Positions 24,806-34,852 of a DNA stretch of 64,000 nucleotides are shown piece by piece. A model generated the notes under the pieces. It ran no database searches. It was not told the origin of the DNA and worked only from the letters and a program-made list of their open reading frames with translations. How positions within the stretch are numbered: the stretch's first letter is position 1; every line of letters starts with the position of its first letter. The stretch comes from Coraliomargarita sp. (lineage in GTDB: Bacteria > Verrucomicrobiota > Verrucomicrobiia > Opitutales > Coraliomargaritaceae), in the NCBI GenBank assembly GCA_965216325.1, contig OZ244160.1, forward strand, positions 1,184,001 through 1,248,000. The letters are read 5' to 3'. The position numbers and the translations under genes were made by a program.

Positions 24806-25693
24806 ATGCTCAAAGAATTCATCATCACCAGACAGTATTTGCGACTCCCCCTTCTTGGCCTTCTTCTTACGTTGAGCGCTTCTGGCGTTCTAAAGGCACA
24901 GGCCCCTGTTCCAGTTGAACATGCAGACCTAGGTTATGCCGCCCTTGAAGCTGGGAACCAACAGGCTGCCGAAGATGAGTTTAACAGAGCGCTAGAGCTG
25001 AATGCGGACGACCTATCGGCACGACTGGGCCTGGCAATGATTCAAACGGAACGCCAGCAGCATGAAAAAGCCTTTCAATCCTATGATTCCATCGTGCAAT
25101 CCCACCCACAGAACGTCTTTGCATGGAATCAGCGCGGCTTGGCGGCATACAACCTTGAGGACTTTGACGAAGCGCTGAATTCGTTCGAGCGTGCGACCGC
25201 AGACCAACCGGTTAATGGATTCTTTTATGAGTCACTAGCCTGGACACGCATGTGCCGTGGTGAATTTACACAAGCCGCCGAGTCTGCCAAGACCGCGACA
25301 CTCATGTATAACCGCGAAGGGCATAGCACATCTTACCCATTGTTGATTGCTTATTTCTCATACCTGGAGAGTGGCGATCCAAATAGCGCACAACGCAGCC
25401 TGCGCTACGCGATCAAAAACCACAAACCAAACCAATGGCCTGCGCCAGTGCTTGGCTACCTAAACGGCCAGCTAAATGAGGCGGAACTGATTAGTTATGT
25501 GACGAACAGTGCCGAAGAAACTGAAGCGCACACCTACATCGGTCTGAAGTTACGCAATCAAGGTGAAGAAGGTAAAGCGATGAAGCACTTGAGCTGGGTT
25601 AGCCGAAATGGGGATCCACGCGTTTTTGAATATACGGTCGCACGTGCCCTCAACCTACAGAGTAGCGTTGCGGTGTGGAAACCCAATTCCTAG
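24806..25693 (+). CDS. Exported TPR protein with NlpI-like C-terminus
   Basis: Signal peptide, TPR helices, WP...YL.G and TEAHTYIG...FEY ending resembling NlpI. Confidence 0.7.
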   Translation: MLKEFIITRQYLRLPLLGLLLTLSASGVLKAQAPVPVEHADLGYAALEAGNQQAAEDEFNRALELNADDLSARLGLAMIQTERQQHEKAFQSYDSIVQSHPQNVFAWNQRGLAAYNLEDFDEALNSFERATADQPVNGFFYESLAWTRMCRGEFTQAAESAKTATLMYNREGHSTSYPLLIAYFSYLESGDPNSAQRSLRYAIKNHKPNQWPAPVLGYLNGQLNEAELISYVTNSAEETEAHTYIGLKLRNQGEEGKAMKHLSWVSRNGDPRVFEYTVARALNLQSSVAVWKPNS

Positions 25694-25708
25694 TATTTGG
25701 ATCAACGC

Positions 25709-25953
25709 TTAATCCATCCGCAAACCGGCGTTGATTTCGCTTTGCTCAACATGTGCTTCGCGCTCGCTCATTTGATTGAGTCGATCGATTAACGAGTTCT
25801 CAACCTCACCCACATATTGACTGCGCTCCTCTAGCTTTTGCTGCGCTTTTTTTTTTTAAACTGGCGCATCAGTGCTTCAAGCGCACGCTCTCGCTGTGTA
25901 ATTTCAGGTAAGATAGCTGCCCCGTAGTAAGGATAAACGTATTCAGAATATCG
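25709..25953 (-). pseudogene. Small coiled-coil gene remnant frameshifted at an A11 tract
   Basis: ..ILPEITQRERALEALMRQF-(A11)-AQQKLEERSQYVGEVENSLIDRLNQMSEREAHVEQSEINAGLRMD* reads through only if the tract is 9 or 12 nt. Confidence 0.5.
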
Positions 25954-25989
25954 CTACGACAGTTTATGCAAGGCATCAACTAGGCACAG

Positions 25990-26457
25990 CTACTTAGCGC
26001 CACCAGCTTGGACAATTACCTTAAACTCAGCCTCAGTAACCGGCGTAATTGATAGACGATTACCACGTTGAAGCACACGCATCTCAGCTAACTCTGACAT
26101 GCCTTTCATTTCCTCTAAAGACACATGGCGTACCAAGTCATCATGATACTTCACATCGACCAGAATCCAACGGGGTTTCTCAGGGTCGCTCTTGGCATCA
26201 AAGTATTTCGATTGTTTGTCAAATGCTGTCGGGTCTGGATACGGCTCACTGGCAACCTCAGCGATACCGGCAACCCCTGGAGGGTTTGTGTTGGAATGAT
26301 AGAACAAAATGAGATCCCCCACCTTCATCACATCACGCATGAAATTACGCGCCTGATAATTGCGCACACCATCCCACGGTTCAGTTTGCTTGGGGCGTGC
26401 CTTAAGGTCATCGAACGAAAAAACGTCCGGCTCGGATTTCATTAACCAGTAATTCAT
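25990..26457 (-). CDS. EVE domain protein
   Basis: YWLMKSEP, WDGVRNYQARN, FYHS, RLSITPV. Confidence 0.93.
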   Translation of the reverse strand: MNYWLMKSEPDVFSFDDLKARPKQTEPWDGVRNYQARNFMRDVMKVGDLILFYHSNTNPPGVAGIAEVASEPYPDPTAFDKQSKYFDAKSDPEKPRWILVDVKYHDDLVRHVSLEEMKGMSELAEMRVLQRGNRLSITPVTEAEFKVIVQAGGAK

Positions 26458-26458
26458 C

Positions 26459-27427
26459 TTAGGTAGGAATGCCGAGCTTATCGAGAATACGATCGAGGTC
26501 TTCGTTGCCGACATACTCAATGGTAATGCGGCCCTTCTTCGCGCCGTGCTTCATCGTCACACGTGAACTCAAATGCTCACCGATGCGCTTTTCCAAATCA
26601 CGGATTGCGGTCGCTTCGGCATCGGCATTCTTTTTACCACCAGCCTTGCTAGAGCTGCCGCTATTACTCTTCAAGCGACGCACTTCACCTTCGGCTTCAC
26701 GCACACTCATCCCGGTTTCGATGATCCGACGTGCTAGCAGGCGGCGATGCTCATCACTCTCCAGTCCGAGGAGCACCTTGGCATGGCCGGTTGAAATCAG
26801 GCGACGACTCAGGTACCCTTGAACTTCAGTGTTGAGCGTGAGCAAACGCATGGCATTCGCAACAGTGGCACGACCTTTGCCAACCCGCTCGGCAGCTGCT
26901 TCCTGGGTTAGATCGAAATCACGAATCAAGCTGGCATAGCCTAGCGCCTCATCAATGGGATTGAGGTTCTCGCGCTGCAAATTCTCGATCAACGCGAGCG
27001 CTGCAGACGACGCATCACTGGCTTCGATAATGCGAGCAGGGATTTTTTCCTGCTTGAGGTGCTTAAATGCATGTAAACGACGTTCACCAGCGATGAGTTC
27101 ATAGCTATCGCCCTTCTTGCGCACCACAATGGGCTGAATCAGCCCTTCGGCTTGGATACTCTTCGCAAGTTCTTCCACGTGGACCGGATTGATCTCACGG
27201 CGTGGCTGGTAAGGGTTCGCAGCGATTTCTTTAACCACGAGCTCGCTGAACCCAGGCACTGCTGGCGGCATGGAGTTATTCACTGCGGCGACAGCAGCCT
27301 TGTTCTGAACTGCACCGACTGAACGCTTAGCGGCCTTCTTAGCAGGCGACTTCTTCGCTGGTGCAGAGGAACCCGCACCGGTAATGAGGCCACCAAGTCC
27401 GCGGCCGAGTCTACTTTTGTTACTCAT
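26459..27427 (-). CDS. parB: Chromosome partitioning protein ParB
   Basis: LGRGLG, NPYQPR, IAGERR, ALIENLQRENLNPIDEA, GHAKVLL. Confidence 0.95.
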   Translation of the reverse strand: MSNKSRLGRGLGGLITGAGSSAPAKKSPAKKAAKRSVGAVQNKAAVAAVNNSMPPAVPGFSELVVKEIAANPYQPRREINPVHVEELAKSIQAEGLIQPIVVRKKGDSYELIAGERRLHAFKHLKQEKIPARIIEASDASSAALALIENLQRENLNPIDEALGYASLIRDFDLTQEAAAERVGKGRATVANAMRLLTLNTEVQGYLSRRLISTGHAKVLLGLESDEHRRLLARRIIETGMSVREAEGEVRRLKSNSGSSSKAGGKKNADAEATAIRDLEKRIGEHLSSRVTMKHGAKKGRITIEYVGNEDLDRILDKLGIPT

Positions 27428-27429
27428 AC

Positions 27430-28041
27430 TTACTGGGCAATTGGGATAAAGATCGATTGGCCGACTTGAAGATCTTTGGCAGGGTTCACGATCTTGTTGG
27501 CATTTTGAATGTGCTTGATAGTCGAGCCGTGTTGGCGAGCGATCTTACTCAAGGTATCGCCTGAGCGAACGACGTAAGTAATGCCCGACTTAGGATAGTC
27601 ATCTGAAAAGTGTGTTGGCGTGCTGACGCTGGGCTGTGCGTTGACTGCATTTGCGACGGAGTTGAGGCCGGACTGCATCTCTTTGCCGAGAGCCGCCACC
27701 TTGCGATTGACTTCGTCGATAATCACTTGCTTCTGCGCTTCATCGGCTGCGCGGTATTCGCGGCGAATGCCTTCGATCGCTGAGGACAAATTGTTGAGCT
27801 GATTCTGGGTGCTCTGATTGGACTGTGCGGCCGCAACCTGATTGCGCAGACGTGCATTTTCACGCTGCATCTCTTCGATTTCCAAGCGAAGCGCTTTAAC
27901 TTGCTGGCTGAGCAAGACCATATCCTGCTTCATATTGGCGACAGTTACGCGCATGTCAGACGATTGCGCGGTAAGGGGGCTGCTTAGGTTTAGCGTGGCG
28001 CCGAGCGCGATAAATGCGCCCAATCGGAATAGTTTCATCAT
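27430..28041 (-). CDS. Exported coiled-coil protein with C-terminal LysM domain
   Basis: Signal peptide, coiled coil, YVVRSGDTLSKIA..LQVGQSIFIP. Confidence 0.88.
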   Translation of the reverse strand: MMKLFRLGAFIALGATLNLSSPLTAQSSDMRVTVANMKQDMVLLSQQVKALRLEIEEMQRENARLRNQVAAAQSNQSTQNQLNNLSSAIEGIRREYRAADEAQKQVIIDEVNRKVAALGKEMQSGLNSVANAVNAQPSVSTPTHFSDDYPKSGITYVVRSGDTLSKIARQHGSTIKHIQNANKIVNPAKDLQVGQSIFIPIAQ

Positions 28042-28159
28042 AGTTGCAGTCGAAGATTGAAGCACAGAACGAAATGTCAAAGCCAGAAGCGGCGTGCGGC
28101 AGAATCTTGTTGGCTTGAGGGTTGCAGCGAAGTCACGCATTGGCATAACCCACCTTCGG

Positions 28160-29014
28160 ATGACAGCAACTAACGACTATTGGGTCCATAACTGGTCCCC
28201 TTTTTTAATCAAGTTTCCGGAAAACCCTCTGGGGCTGGAGGGCATCCCCTATTACGGTCTCTCCTACCTGCTCGGCTTTCTAGCGGCCTGGTTGTTGCTG
28301 AAGACCTACGACAAGCGTGGCAAATTCGCGATTAATGCCGATCAACGCGCCAGCCTGATGACCTACATCATGATCGGGGTTATGGTCGGCGGACGACTCG
28401 GCTTTATGCTGCTCTACGACCTCCAAGCCTTTCTAGCGGACCCTCTGTTGTTCTTTCGAGTCTATGAGGGAGGCATGGCAAGCCATGGCGGATTCATTGG
28501 CGTGCTCGTCGCAGTCGCTCTTTTTTGCCGCTGGCAGCACTTTAACTTCCTCAAGCTCGGCGATGTCCTCGTTACGGTCGGGCCACTGGGCCTGATGTTT
28601 GGTCGCTGCGCAAACTTCATTAACGGTGAGCTATGGGGACGGGTAACGACTGTGCCCTGGGCCGTAATTTTTCCGGATAGCCCTGAGCGCTACAACCCCT
28701 TGATTCAGCGCTTCACGCCAGACCCACGTCATCCCTCCCAGCTATATGCTGCCCTACTCGAAGGAGCCCTGCTGTTTGCCTACACTCAATGGCGCTTCTG
28801 GAAATGTAAGACCGCGCCAGGGCAATTAGCCGGGGAGTTTTTTGTCGGATATGGTATCGTGCGCATTTTCGGTGAGTTGTTTCGCGAACCGGACGCATCG
28901 CTCATCTTGGGCCTCAGTCGCGGACAATTTTATTCCACCTTCATGATACTTGGTGGAGCTGCACTGATTGTCTGGGCCCGCAAAAGAACTAACGCAAAAA
29001 CTGCTAAAAAGTAA
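28160..29014 (+). CDS. lgt: Prolipoprotein diacylglyceryl transferase
   Basis: GGRLG, GGMASHGG, GRCANFINGELWGR, HPSQLY, FREPD. Confidence 0.96.
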   Translation: MTATNDYWVHNWSPFLIKFPENPLGLEGIPYYGLSYLLGFLAAWLLLKTYDKRGKFAINADQRASLMTYIMIGVMVGGRLGFMLLYDLQAFLADPLLFFRVYEGGMASHGGFIGVLVAVALFCRWQHFNFLKLGDVLVTVGPLGLMFGRCANFINGELWGRVTTVPWAVIFPDSPERYNPLIQRFTPDPRHPSQLYAALLEGALLFAYTQWRFWKCKTAPGQLAGEFFVGYGIVRIFGELFREPDASLILGLSRGQFYSTFMILGGAALIVWARKRTNAKTAKK

Positions 29015-29062
29015 CGTTTCAGCCAATTCGACAGCCTCCTGTTCTCAGTGTAATGTAGTGCC

Positions 29063-29596
29063 GTGAAGGCTGTATATAAAGGCGTATCTCTACTACTAGG
29101 TATACTCGTATCGATGCTCATGAGTGGGTGCGAATCGGTCGTCAACATCCCCCTTAACGAGCACTCGCATATTAACATGAAAGCCAATCCAACCGGCGGG
29201 GACGATGCCTTTGAGATCAGCTACCACCTGTATGAGGACCATCGCCGCGAATACCGCGCAATGCACCCAAGCAGCCCAGCCAACATACGCGATGAAATCG
29301 ACTGGAGAGATTGGGAAGGCGACATTAGCTTCGACGGCTTGGGCACCGCATACGCCACCGATGGTGACGACGATGAAGCATCCCGAAAGCTTTCCAAGGG
29401 ATGGGAGGTATTAACCGAAGATGGCGGTCTACTCAGTTGGACGAATGTCAGAAGTCTAATGAAGGAAGGTATTGATTTTGACGATAAGCCACCACCAAGA
29501 AAAATCGTCGTTGACGACTTTGAGGATGAACAACCGCAAAGACGGCGCCTCAGAGACTTCTCGGCTCTGGCAATTTCGACTCCCCCCGGGTGGTAG
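29063..29596 (+). CDS. Hypothetical lipoprotein
   Basis: Lipobox LMSGC; fills the gap between lgt and lipB. Confidence 0.55.
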   Translation: MKAVYKGVSLLLGILVSMLMSGCESVVNIPLNEHSHINMKANPTGGDDAFEISYHLYEDHRREYRAMHPSSPANIRDEIDWRDWEGDISFDGLGTAYATDGDDDEASRKLSKGWEVLTEDGGLLSWTNVRSLMKEGIDFDDKPPPRKIVVDDFEDEQPQRRRLRDFSALAISTPPGW

Positions 29597-29670
29597 CCCA
29601 CTTGCTGCAGAAATTCACGAGTTGCATGCGAGTGCATTCTAGGTTGTAACGCGTAGCATTGCTTACAGCC

Positions 29671-30345
29671 ATGCACACATCATCAACCAATCCAGCCGAT
29701 ACCAATCCTGCCCTCACAGTCGAGGACTGGGGGCGCACACGCTACGCTGAGGCATTTGAGCGCCAAAAGGCACTCGTCGATCAACGCCGTAACAACCTAA
29801 CTCCCGACACGCTGGTCTTTACTGAACATGACCCAGTCTACACCATGGGGATGCGCAAAGGCGCAGAGCAGCACCTAATTTGGCAGGAAGCCGAACTCGC
29901 GAAGCAAGGCATCGAAGTGCACCAAAGTAACCGTGGAGGGGACATCACCTACCACGGCCCCGGCCAACTGGTGGGCTATCCGATTGTATCGCTTCAACAG
30001 CGCCGCGATTTACACGCCTACTTGCGTGACCTCGAGGAAGCCGTCATCCAAACTCTGCAAACCTTTGGTCTCGAATCAGGCCGCCGCGACGGAAAAACAG
30101 GCATTTGGCTGGAAAATCGCAAGATCTGCGCAATTGGCGTCGCGGTGCGCACCTGGGTCACCTATCACGGGTTTGCGCTGAATGTGACTCCAAATCTGGA
30201 GCACTTCTCCGGCATTGTGCCGTGCGGCATTACCGACGGCACCGTGACCTCAATGGAGCGCGAATTAGGCGGCCCAGTGGAGCTCGAAACGGTAAAATCG
30301 CGTTTAGCGATTGAATTTCGGAAAATTTTTAGGAAGGATTCATAG
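29671..30345 (+). CDS. lipB: Octanoyltransferase
   Basis: EHDPVYTMG, RGGDITYHGPGQ, KICAIG, HGFALN, IVPCG. Confidence 0.96.
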   Translation: MHTSSTNPADTNPALTVEDWGRTRYAEAFERQKALVDQRRNNLTPDTLVFTEHDPVYTMGMRKGAEQHLIWQEAELAKQGIEVHQSNRGGDITYHGPGQLVGYPIVSLQQRRDLHAYLRDLEEAVIQTLQTFGLESGRRDGKTGIWLENRKICAIGVAVRTWVTYHGFALNVTPNLEHFSGIVPCGITDGTVTSMERELGGPVELETVKSRLAIEFRKIFRKDS

Positions 30346-30349
30346 GCTT

Positions 30350-31279
30350 ATGGATTTACGAAAACCAGACTGGCTGCGTGCCAAGCTGCCAACCAGCGCG
30401 GGCTACAAGGCTACGCGAGAAATCGTCGACACCCACGATCTGCACACTGTTTGTAAGAGTGCGCAGTGCCCGAACATGGGTGAATGCTGGTCCCGTGGCA
30501 CAGCAACCGTCATGATTCTCGGCAATATCTGCACCCGCTCATGCCGTTTTTGCGCCATTCAAACCGGTCGCCCAACTGAGCTCGACCTCGGGGAACCAGC
30601 ACGCGTTGCCGAGTCGATTGCCAAGATGAATCTCAAATACACCGTGATTACATCGGTCGCCCGTGACGACTTGAAAGACGGGGGCGCATCCGTCTGGGCC
30701 GCAACCATTCGAGCCATTCGCCACCGTGTGCCGGAGTGTGCCGTCGAAGTTTTGACCGCTGATTTCCGTGGTCAACAGGAGTATCTCGATGTGGTGCTCG
30801 ACGCTTGTCCGGACATTTTCAATCACAACATGGAGACGGTCAAACGCCTCCAACGCCCCATCCGCAAGACCGCACGCTACGATCGCTCACTGTGGGTCCT
30901 TAGCCACGCCAAGTCACGCGGCTTCATCACCAAGTCCGGAATCATGCTCGGCATTGGTGAAAAAGAAGACGAGATCAAAGAAGTCATGCACGACATGGTT
31001 GCCGCAGGCGTCGACATTCTAACCATTGGCCAGTATCTACAGCCGACCAAAGAGCACCAGCCGATCGATCGCTGGGTTACGCCAGAGGAATTTAAGCGCT
31101 GGAAGGACTACGCTCTGGAGATCGGCTTTGGTGTCTGTGAATCTGGGCCGATGGTTCGCTCCTCCTACCATGCAGATGAGCAATCGGATGTTTTTGATGT
31201 GCTTGGACGCCGCAAAGAGATGCTCGCACGACAAGCGGCTGCCAAAGAGGCGGCTGAATTAGTGAACTCCGAGGCTTAA
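30350..31279 (+). CDS. lipA: Lipoyl synthase
   Basis: CKSAQCPNMGEC, CTRSCRFC, VRSSYHA. Confidence 0.97.
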   Translation: MDLRKPDWLRAKLPTSAGYKATREIVDTHDLHTVCKSAQCPNMGECWSRGTATVMILGNICTRSCRFCAIQTGRPTELDLGEPARVAESIAKMNLKYTVITSVARDDLKDGGASVWAATIRAIRHRVPECAVEVLTADFRGQQEYLDVVLDACPDIFNHNMETVKRLQRPIRKTARYDRSLWVLSHAKSRGFITKSGIMLGIGEKEDEIKEVMHDMVAAGVDILTIGQYLQPTKEHQPIDRWVTPEEFKRWKDYALEIGFGVCESGPMVRSSYHADEQSDVFDVLGRRKEMLARQAAAKEAAELVNSEA

Positions 31280-31515
31280 TTAGAGCCCAATCCAAATTTC
31301 TTCGCAAAGCCTTCCGGATCCCTCCGGAAGGCTTTGATGCATTTCAGGCAAACGCAGGACTTTCCGCGTGCCGACTCTGGTAGAATAGACAGCAGCTCAG
31401 ACGGCACCTTATTTTGAAAGCACCAGCAGCCTGCTGGATTGGTCGCACCGCATTGGTTCGGCTCCCCGCAAATCGGGCAGCAGTTTGCGTCCAAGTCAGG
31501 CAAGGCTACACCCAA
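31276..31515 (-). CDS. Cysteine-rich CWC family protein
   Basis: CPICGEPNQC..CWC..SCVCLKC. Confidence 0.8.
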   Translation of the reverse strand: MGVALPDLDANCCPICGEPNQCGATNPAGCWCFQNKVPSELLSILPESARGKSCVCLKCIKAFRRDPEGFAKKFGLGSN

Positions 31516-32570
31516 TCTTCACCGCAACGTTTCAACGCTGTGGCTAATTCCTTAGCAAAGAAAGGCCCACGGTAAACCCAACCGGTATAAACCTGAACCA
31601 TAGACGCACCCGCATCAATTTTCTCCCCAGCCGCTTCGACTGAATCAATGCCCCCCACACCAATAATCGGCAACTTTCCTTCAGTGGAGCGGTAGATGTA
31701 GTTAATCACCTGATTCGAACGCTTGCGGGTAAATTCACCACCACTGTAACCACCGGTCTCATTGGACGCAAAACCATCCGGTCGCGCGATCGTGGTATTC
31801 GTAGCGATGATGCCGTCGTAGTTGAGCTCCAAGAGAACACCGACAATCTGGTCGATCTCTGCAAAGGTCAGATCCGGTGCGATTTTGAGCAGAGTTGGAT
31901 GAGGCTCGCGGCCCAGCTTCTTGGCATGGCTGAGATTCTCATCACGAAACGTGGACAATAAATCGCGCAGATAACTCTCGGACTGCAATTCACGCAGCCC
32001 CGGAGTGTTTGGACTACTGATATTAATGGTAAAATAGTCTGCCTGATCTGCGAGAATGCGGAAACTTGCAACGTAGTCCTCAACCGCCTGATCCAGTGGG
32101 GTGACTTTAGCCTTACCAATATTGACACCAACTGGCATGCCACGCTTGCCCTTTGGGTAGGTCTTCGCGAGTGACTTCAGCATCGCTTCCGCACCGTGAT
32201 TGTTAAAGCCCATACGATTTACCAGAGCCTTTTGATCCGGGAAGCGGAACAAGCGCGGGCTCGGATTCCCCGGCTGCCCTTGAGGTGTCACCGTGCCAAC
32301 CTCCGCATGTCCAAAGCCAAGCGCTTCGATTGCACGTGCAAACTCACCGTCCTTGTCCATCCCCGCCGCCAAACCAACACGGTTTGGAAATTCCAAACCG
32401 AAGAGTTTCACTGGCTTGTCTTCCTTTACCTGATTACAGGCACGCAGTAGCGGACATAGCCCAGGCACTTTCCCCAAGGCCATTAGCGCCGTGCGACCAC
32501 GATCATGCGCTTGTTCAGGCTCCATCCGGAATAACACCGGGCGAACAAAGTTTTCGTAGATAAATCCCAT
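31506..32570 (-). CDS. pyrD: Quinone-dependent dihydroorotate dehydrogenase
   Basis: GLAAGMDK, NRMGFNN, NISSPNTPGLR, KIAPDL, TNTT. Confidence 0.96.
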   Translation of the reverse strand: MGFIYENFVRPVLFRMEPEQAHDRGRTALMALGKVPGLCPLLRACNQVKEDKPVKLFGLEFPNRVGLAAGMDKDGEFARAIEALGFGHAEVGTVTPQGQPGNPSPRLFRFPDQKALVNRMGFNNHGAEAMLKSLAKTYPKGKRGMPVGVNIGKAKVTPLDQAVEDYVASFRILADQADYFTINISSPNTPGLRELQSESYLRDLLSTFRDENLSHAKKLGREPHPTLLKIAPDLTFAEIDQIVGVLLELNYDGIIATNTTIARPDGFASNETGGYSGGEFTRKRSNQVINYIYRSTEGKLPIIGVGGIDSVEAAGEKIDAGASMVQVYTGWVYRGPFFAKELATALKRCGEDWV

Positions 32571-32784
32571 ATCAAATAAGGTAAGCTCGCCCAAACGGGC
32601 AAAACGCAAACGCTAAGACTCACGACGACCAAAACAAGTAAAATGGCGCAGAATAAATTTTGTATACAAAGCACTTTACAATCCCATCTGCGCAGCTTTT
32701 ACCCCTGTATATATAGTTGTTTCACAAGCCCGCTTGTGTCCCCTTAATTTTATATATTATATATCATCCCGATACGCGTAACGT

Positions 32785-33525
32785 ATGCCAAAATCCTCAA
32801 CAAAACTCACATGGTGCAAAGCCCGCCTGGGCGAAGATATGAACTGGTGGATCGACGAAATCAGCGATCCTGTCCATTGGGACATTGATGGCCTCGGCAT
32901 CATCGACCCACGTCAGTTCCAGCACTTAGTGGACCTCTTGGAACCGCTGAGCGATTATGGTCTGCAAACTGATTTGGTTGAAGACGCCTTCTACACTTTC
33001 GGCATCGATGTCATTGAGAAGGACAAGTCCGTGCGCCTCAAACGTGTTGAAGACAGCATTCTCGACAGTGAAGACCAACTCTTTGCGCTGCCGGATGTAA
33101 TCGATGATGAAAAAGGTCCTTTCGCAGACTTGATTGATCACATCACTAAACTGCGCATTAAGATGCTGAACGACCTGATCGACTTCAAGCAACAGCTTAC
33201 AATCGAAGAGCTTGAAGAAGAAATCCGTGAAGCGCAGAACAGCGACTACATGGAAGGGCGCGCGACTCACTTCTTCACGGAACTGACCTCCATCCTCGAA
33301 TACGTGCCGGAGGGCTTTGAGCTCGATGAGGACGAGTCCGGCAGCCGCGCCAAGACTGAGGACGAGGAATTGCAGGAAGACCTCGCAGACGTCGAAGCCG
33401 CACCGGAAGAAGACCTCGAAGCCGATGAAACGATGAAATGGGACGAAGAGGAAGAAACCGAAGAACAAGAATACGAAGAACACACCTCTCCACCGGACGA
33501 AGTGCCGCCAGTCGAAGAGAAGTAA
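32785..33525 (+). CDS. Hypothetical very acidic cytoplasmic protein
   Basis: Long ORF with its own terminator; D/E-rich C-terminal tail. Confidence 0.75.
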   Translation: MPKSSTKLTWCKARLGEDMNWWIDEISDPVHWDIDGLGIIDPRQFQHLVDLLEPLSDYGLQTDLVEDAFYTFGIDVIEKDKSVRLKRVEDSILDSEDQLFALPDVIDDEKGPFADLIDHITKLRIKMLNDLIDFKQQLTIEELEEEIREAQNSDYMEGRATHFFTELTSILEYVPEGFELDEDESGSRAKTEDEELQEDLADVEAAPEEDLEADETMKWDEEEETEEQEYEEHTSPPDEVPPVEEK

Positions 33526-33540
33526 ATCATCCATCTTTCT

Positions 33541-33573
33541 AAAATCCCGAAGCCTGTGCTTCGGGATTTTTTT
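33541..33573. terminator. Bidirectional intrinsic terminator
   Basis: aaaatcccgaagc-ctgt-gcttcgggattttttt between convergent genes. Confidence 0.85.
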
Positions 33574-33583
33574 GGCATGGCGT

Positions 33584-34276
33584 CTAACTGCAAATCCACT
33601 CAACTGCAGCCTCGATGCCGAGCATTACCCGTAAGCGCCACATGATAACGAGCGCCGCAACGAGTGCAGCCACACGCTGCACCAATAACAAGTTTTCGGC
33701 CTTCAACTTATGTTGCAGTCGCATGAATTGACTTTGCGCTAGCCACAGTAGCGGCAAGGTTCCCAAGCCAAAGCCGAGTGCAAACTCCGCCCCCTTCACT
33801 GCAGACCCCGAAAACAGGCACAGGCCGAAAATCATATACAAGGGGCCACAAGGCAGCAATGGGCTGCAAAAGCCAATCATCCCCGCAGCAAGCGGTTTGC
33901 TCATGCGGCCAAAGCGAGCACCCAAACGCTGGTAGACTTTACCGAGCCATAGTGGCTTTGGCATCCAACGATCCATGCGCAGGGCCACGCCTATAAAAAA
34001 CAACACTAAAATCCAAGGGAGATAATTGAGCCATGAGTCCTTGACCACAGCAAGCACCACACTCCCGAAGGCACCGGCAAGCGCACCGATGATCATATAA
34101 GCGGCCAGCTTCGACAAATGGTAACTCGTGAGCACAACCTGTGGACTCGCATCTCCAGTCCCCTTTGGAGCAAACGCACAGGACAGCGGGCCGCACATCG
34201 CCACACAGTGCACACTGGTAACTAAGCCGGCCACCATTGCGGTGAATCCATTATATACTGTCTGATATTCAAACAT
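33584..34276 (-). CDS. TauE/SafE / DsbD_2-type membrane protein
   Basis: SVHCVAMCGP, LLPCGPLY, FGLGTLP. Confidence 0.85.
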   Translation of the reverse strand: MFEYQTVYNGFTAMVAGLVTSVHCVAMCGPLSCAFAPKGTGDASPQVVLTSYHLSKLAAYMIIGALAGAFGSVVLAVVKDSWLNYLPWILVLFFIGVALRMDRWMPKPLWLGKVYQRLGARFGRMSKPLAAGMIGFCSPLLPCGPLYMIFGLCLFSGSAVKGAEFALGFGLGTLPLLWLAQSQFMRLQHKLKAENLLLVQRVAALVAALVIMWRLRVMLGIEAAVEWICS

Positions 34277-34325
34277 TCGCCCAGCAGTGTATCACGCGGA
34301 GCAATACACGATTTACCTGATGCTT

Positions 34326-34778
34326 TTAGCGAACCTCTGATGCGTTGTTATACAACACCGTATACAGCACCCCCAAGAGATTCTTACGTGTCACACGCTC
34401 TGCATCTTCGCGGGCATTGTTAATCCCTTTGGCAACCCAAGCGTCATTGCCCGCTTTGCGCACCAATTGGTGCAACACACGCTGACCATCCTTCGTCAGA
34501 TAGCCCACGGTCATCCCCGCCTCCAGGTCTTCAAATTCTATCGGACGCACAATGATAATGGTATTCTTGGTCAACACCGGTTCCATCGATGTCCCACTCG
34601 TGCGCGCCATATACATCCCACTATCCCGGAACTTGACTTTCTGCCCAAGCTTGAAGGCCTCATCATAGTCGATCGGTGCAAAAGTAGTCGTGCTGGACCC
34701 GGAAGTGGCAGTTGTCTGGCAGCCAACAAGCAGCACCAGCGTGAGACTAGCAAGGAACATAAAGAGGTTTTTCGACAT
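34326..34778 (-). CDS. S24/S26 (SipW-like) peptidase-domain lipoprotein
   Basis: Lipobox LVGC; SGTSMEPVL (catalytic Ser), VLHQLV (His), AKGINN..D. Confidence 0.75.
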   Translation of the reverse strand: MSKNLFMFLASLTLVLLVGCQTTATSGSSTTTFAPIDYDEAFKLGQKVKFRDSGMYMARTSGTSMEPVLTKNTIIIVRPIEFEDLEAGMTVGYLTKDGQRVLHQLVRKAGNDAWVAKGINNAREDAERVTRKNLLGVLYTVLYNNASEVR

Positions 34779-34852
34779 ACGCTTACAATCCGCATCTACG
34801 TATTCATAGCAAGTCCGATTAAGTAACTAAAACGCGCCCCTACACGTAACTC

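Noticed and set aside
32926..33603. 225-aa antisense Phe-rich ORF
   Set aside because: Shadow of the Glu/Asp-rich gene on the plus strand.
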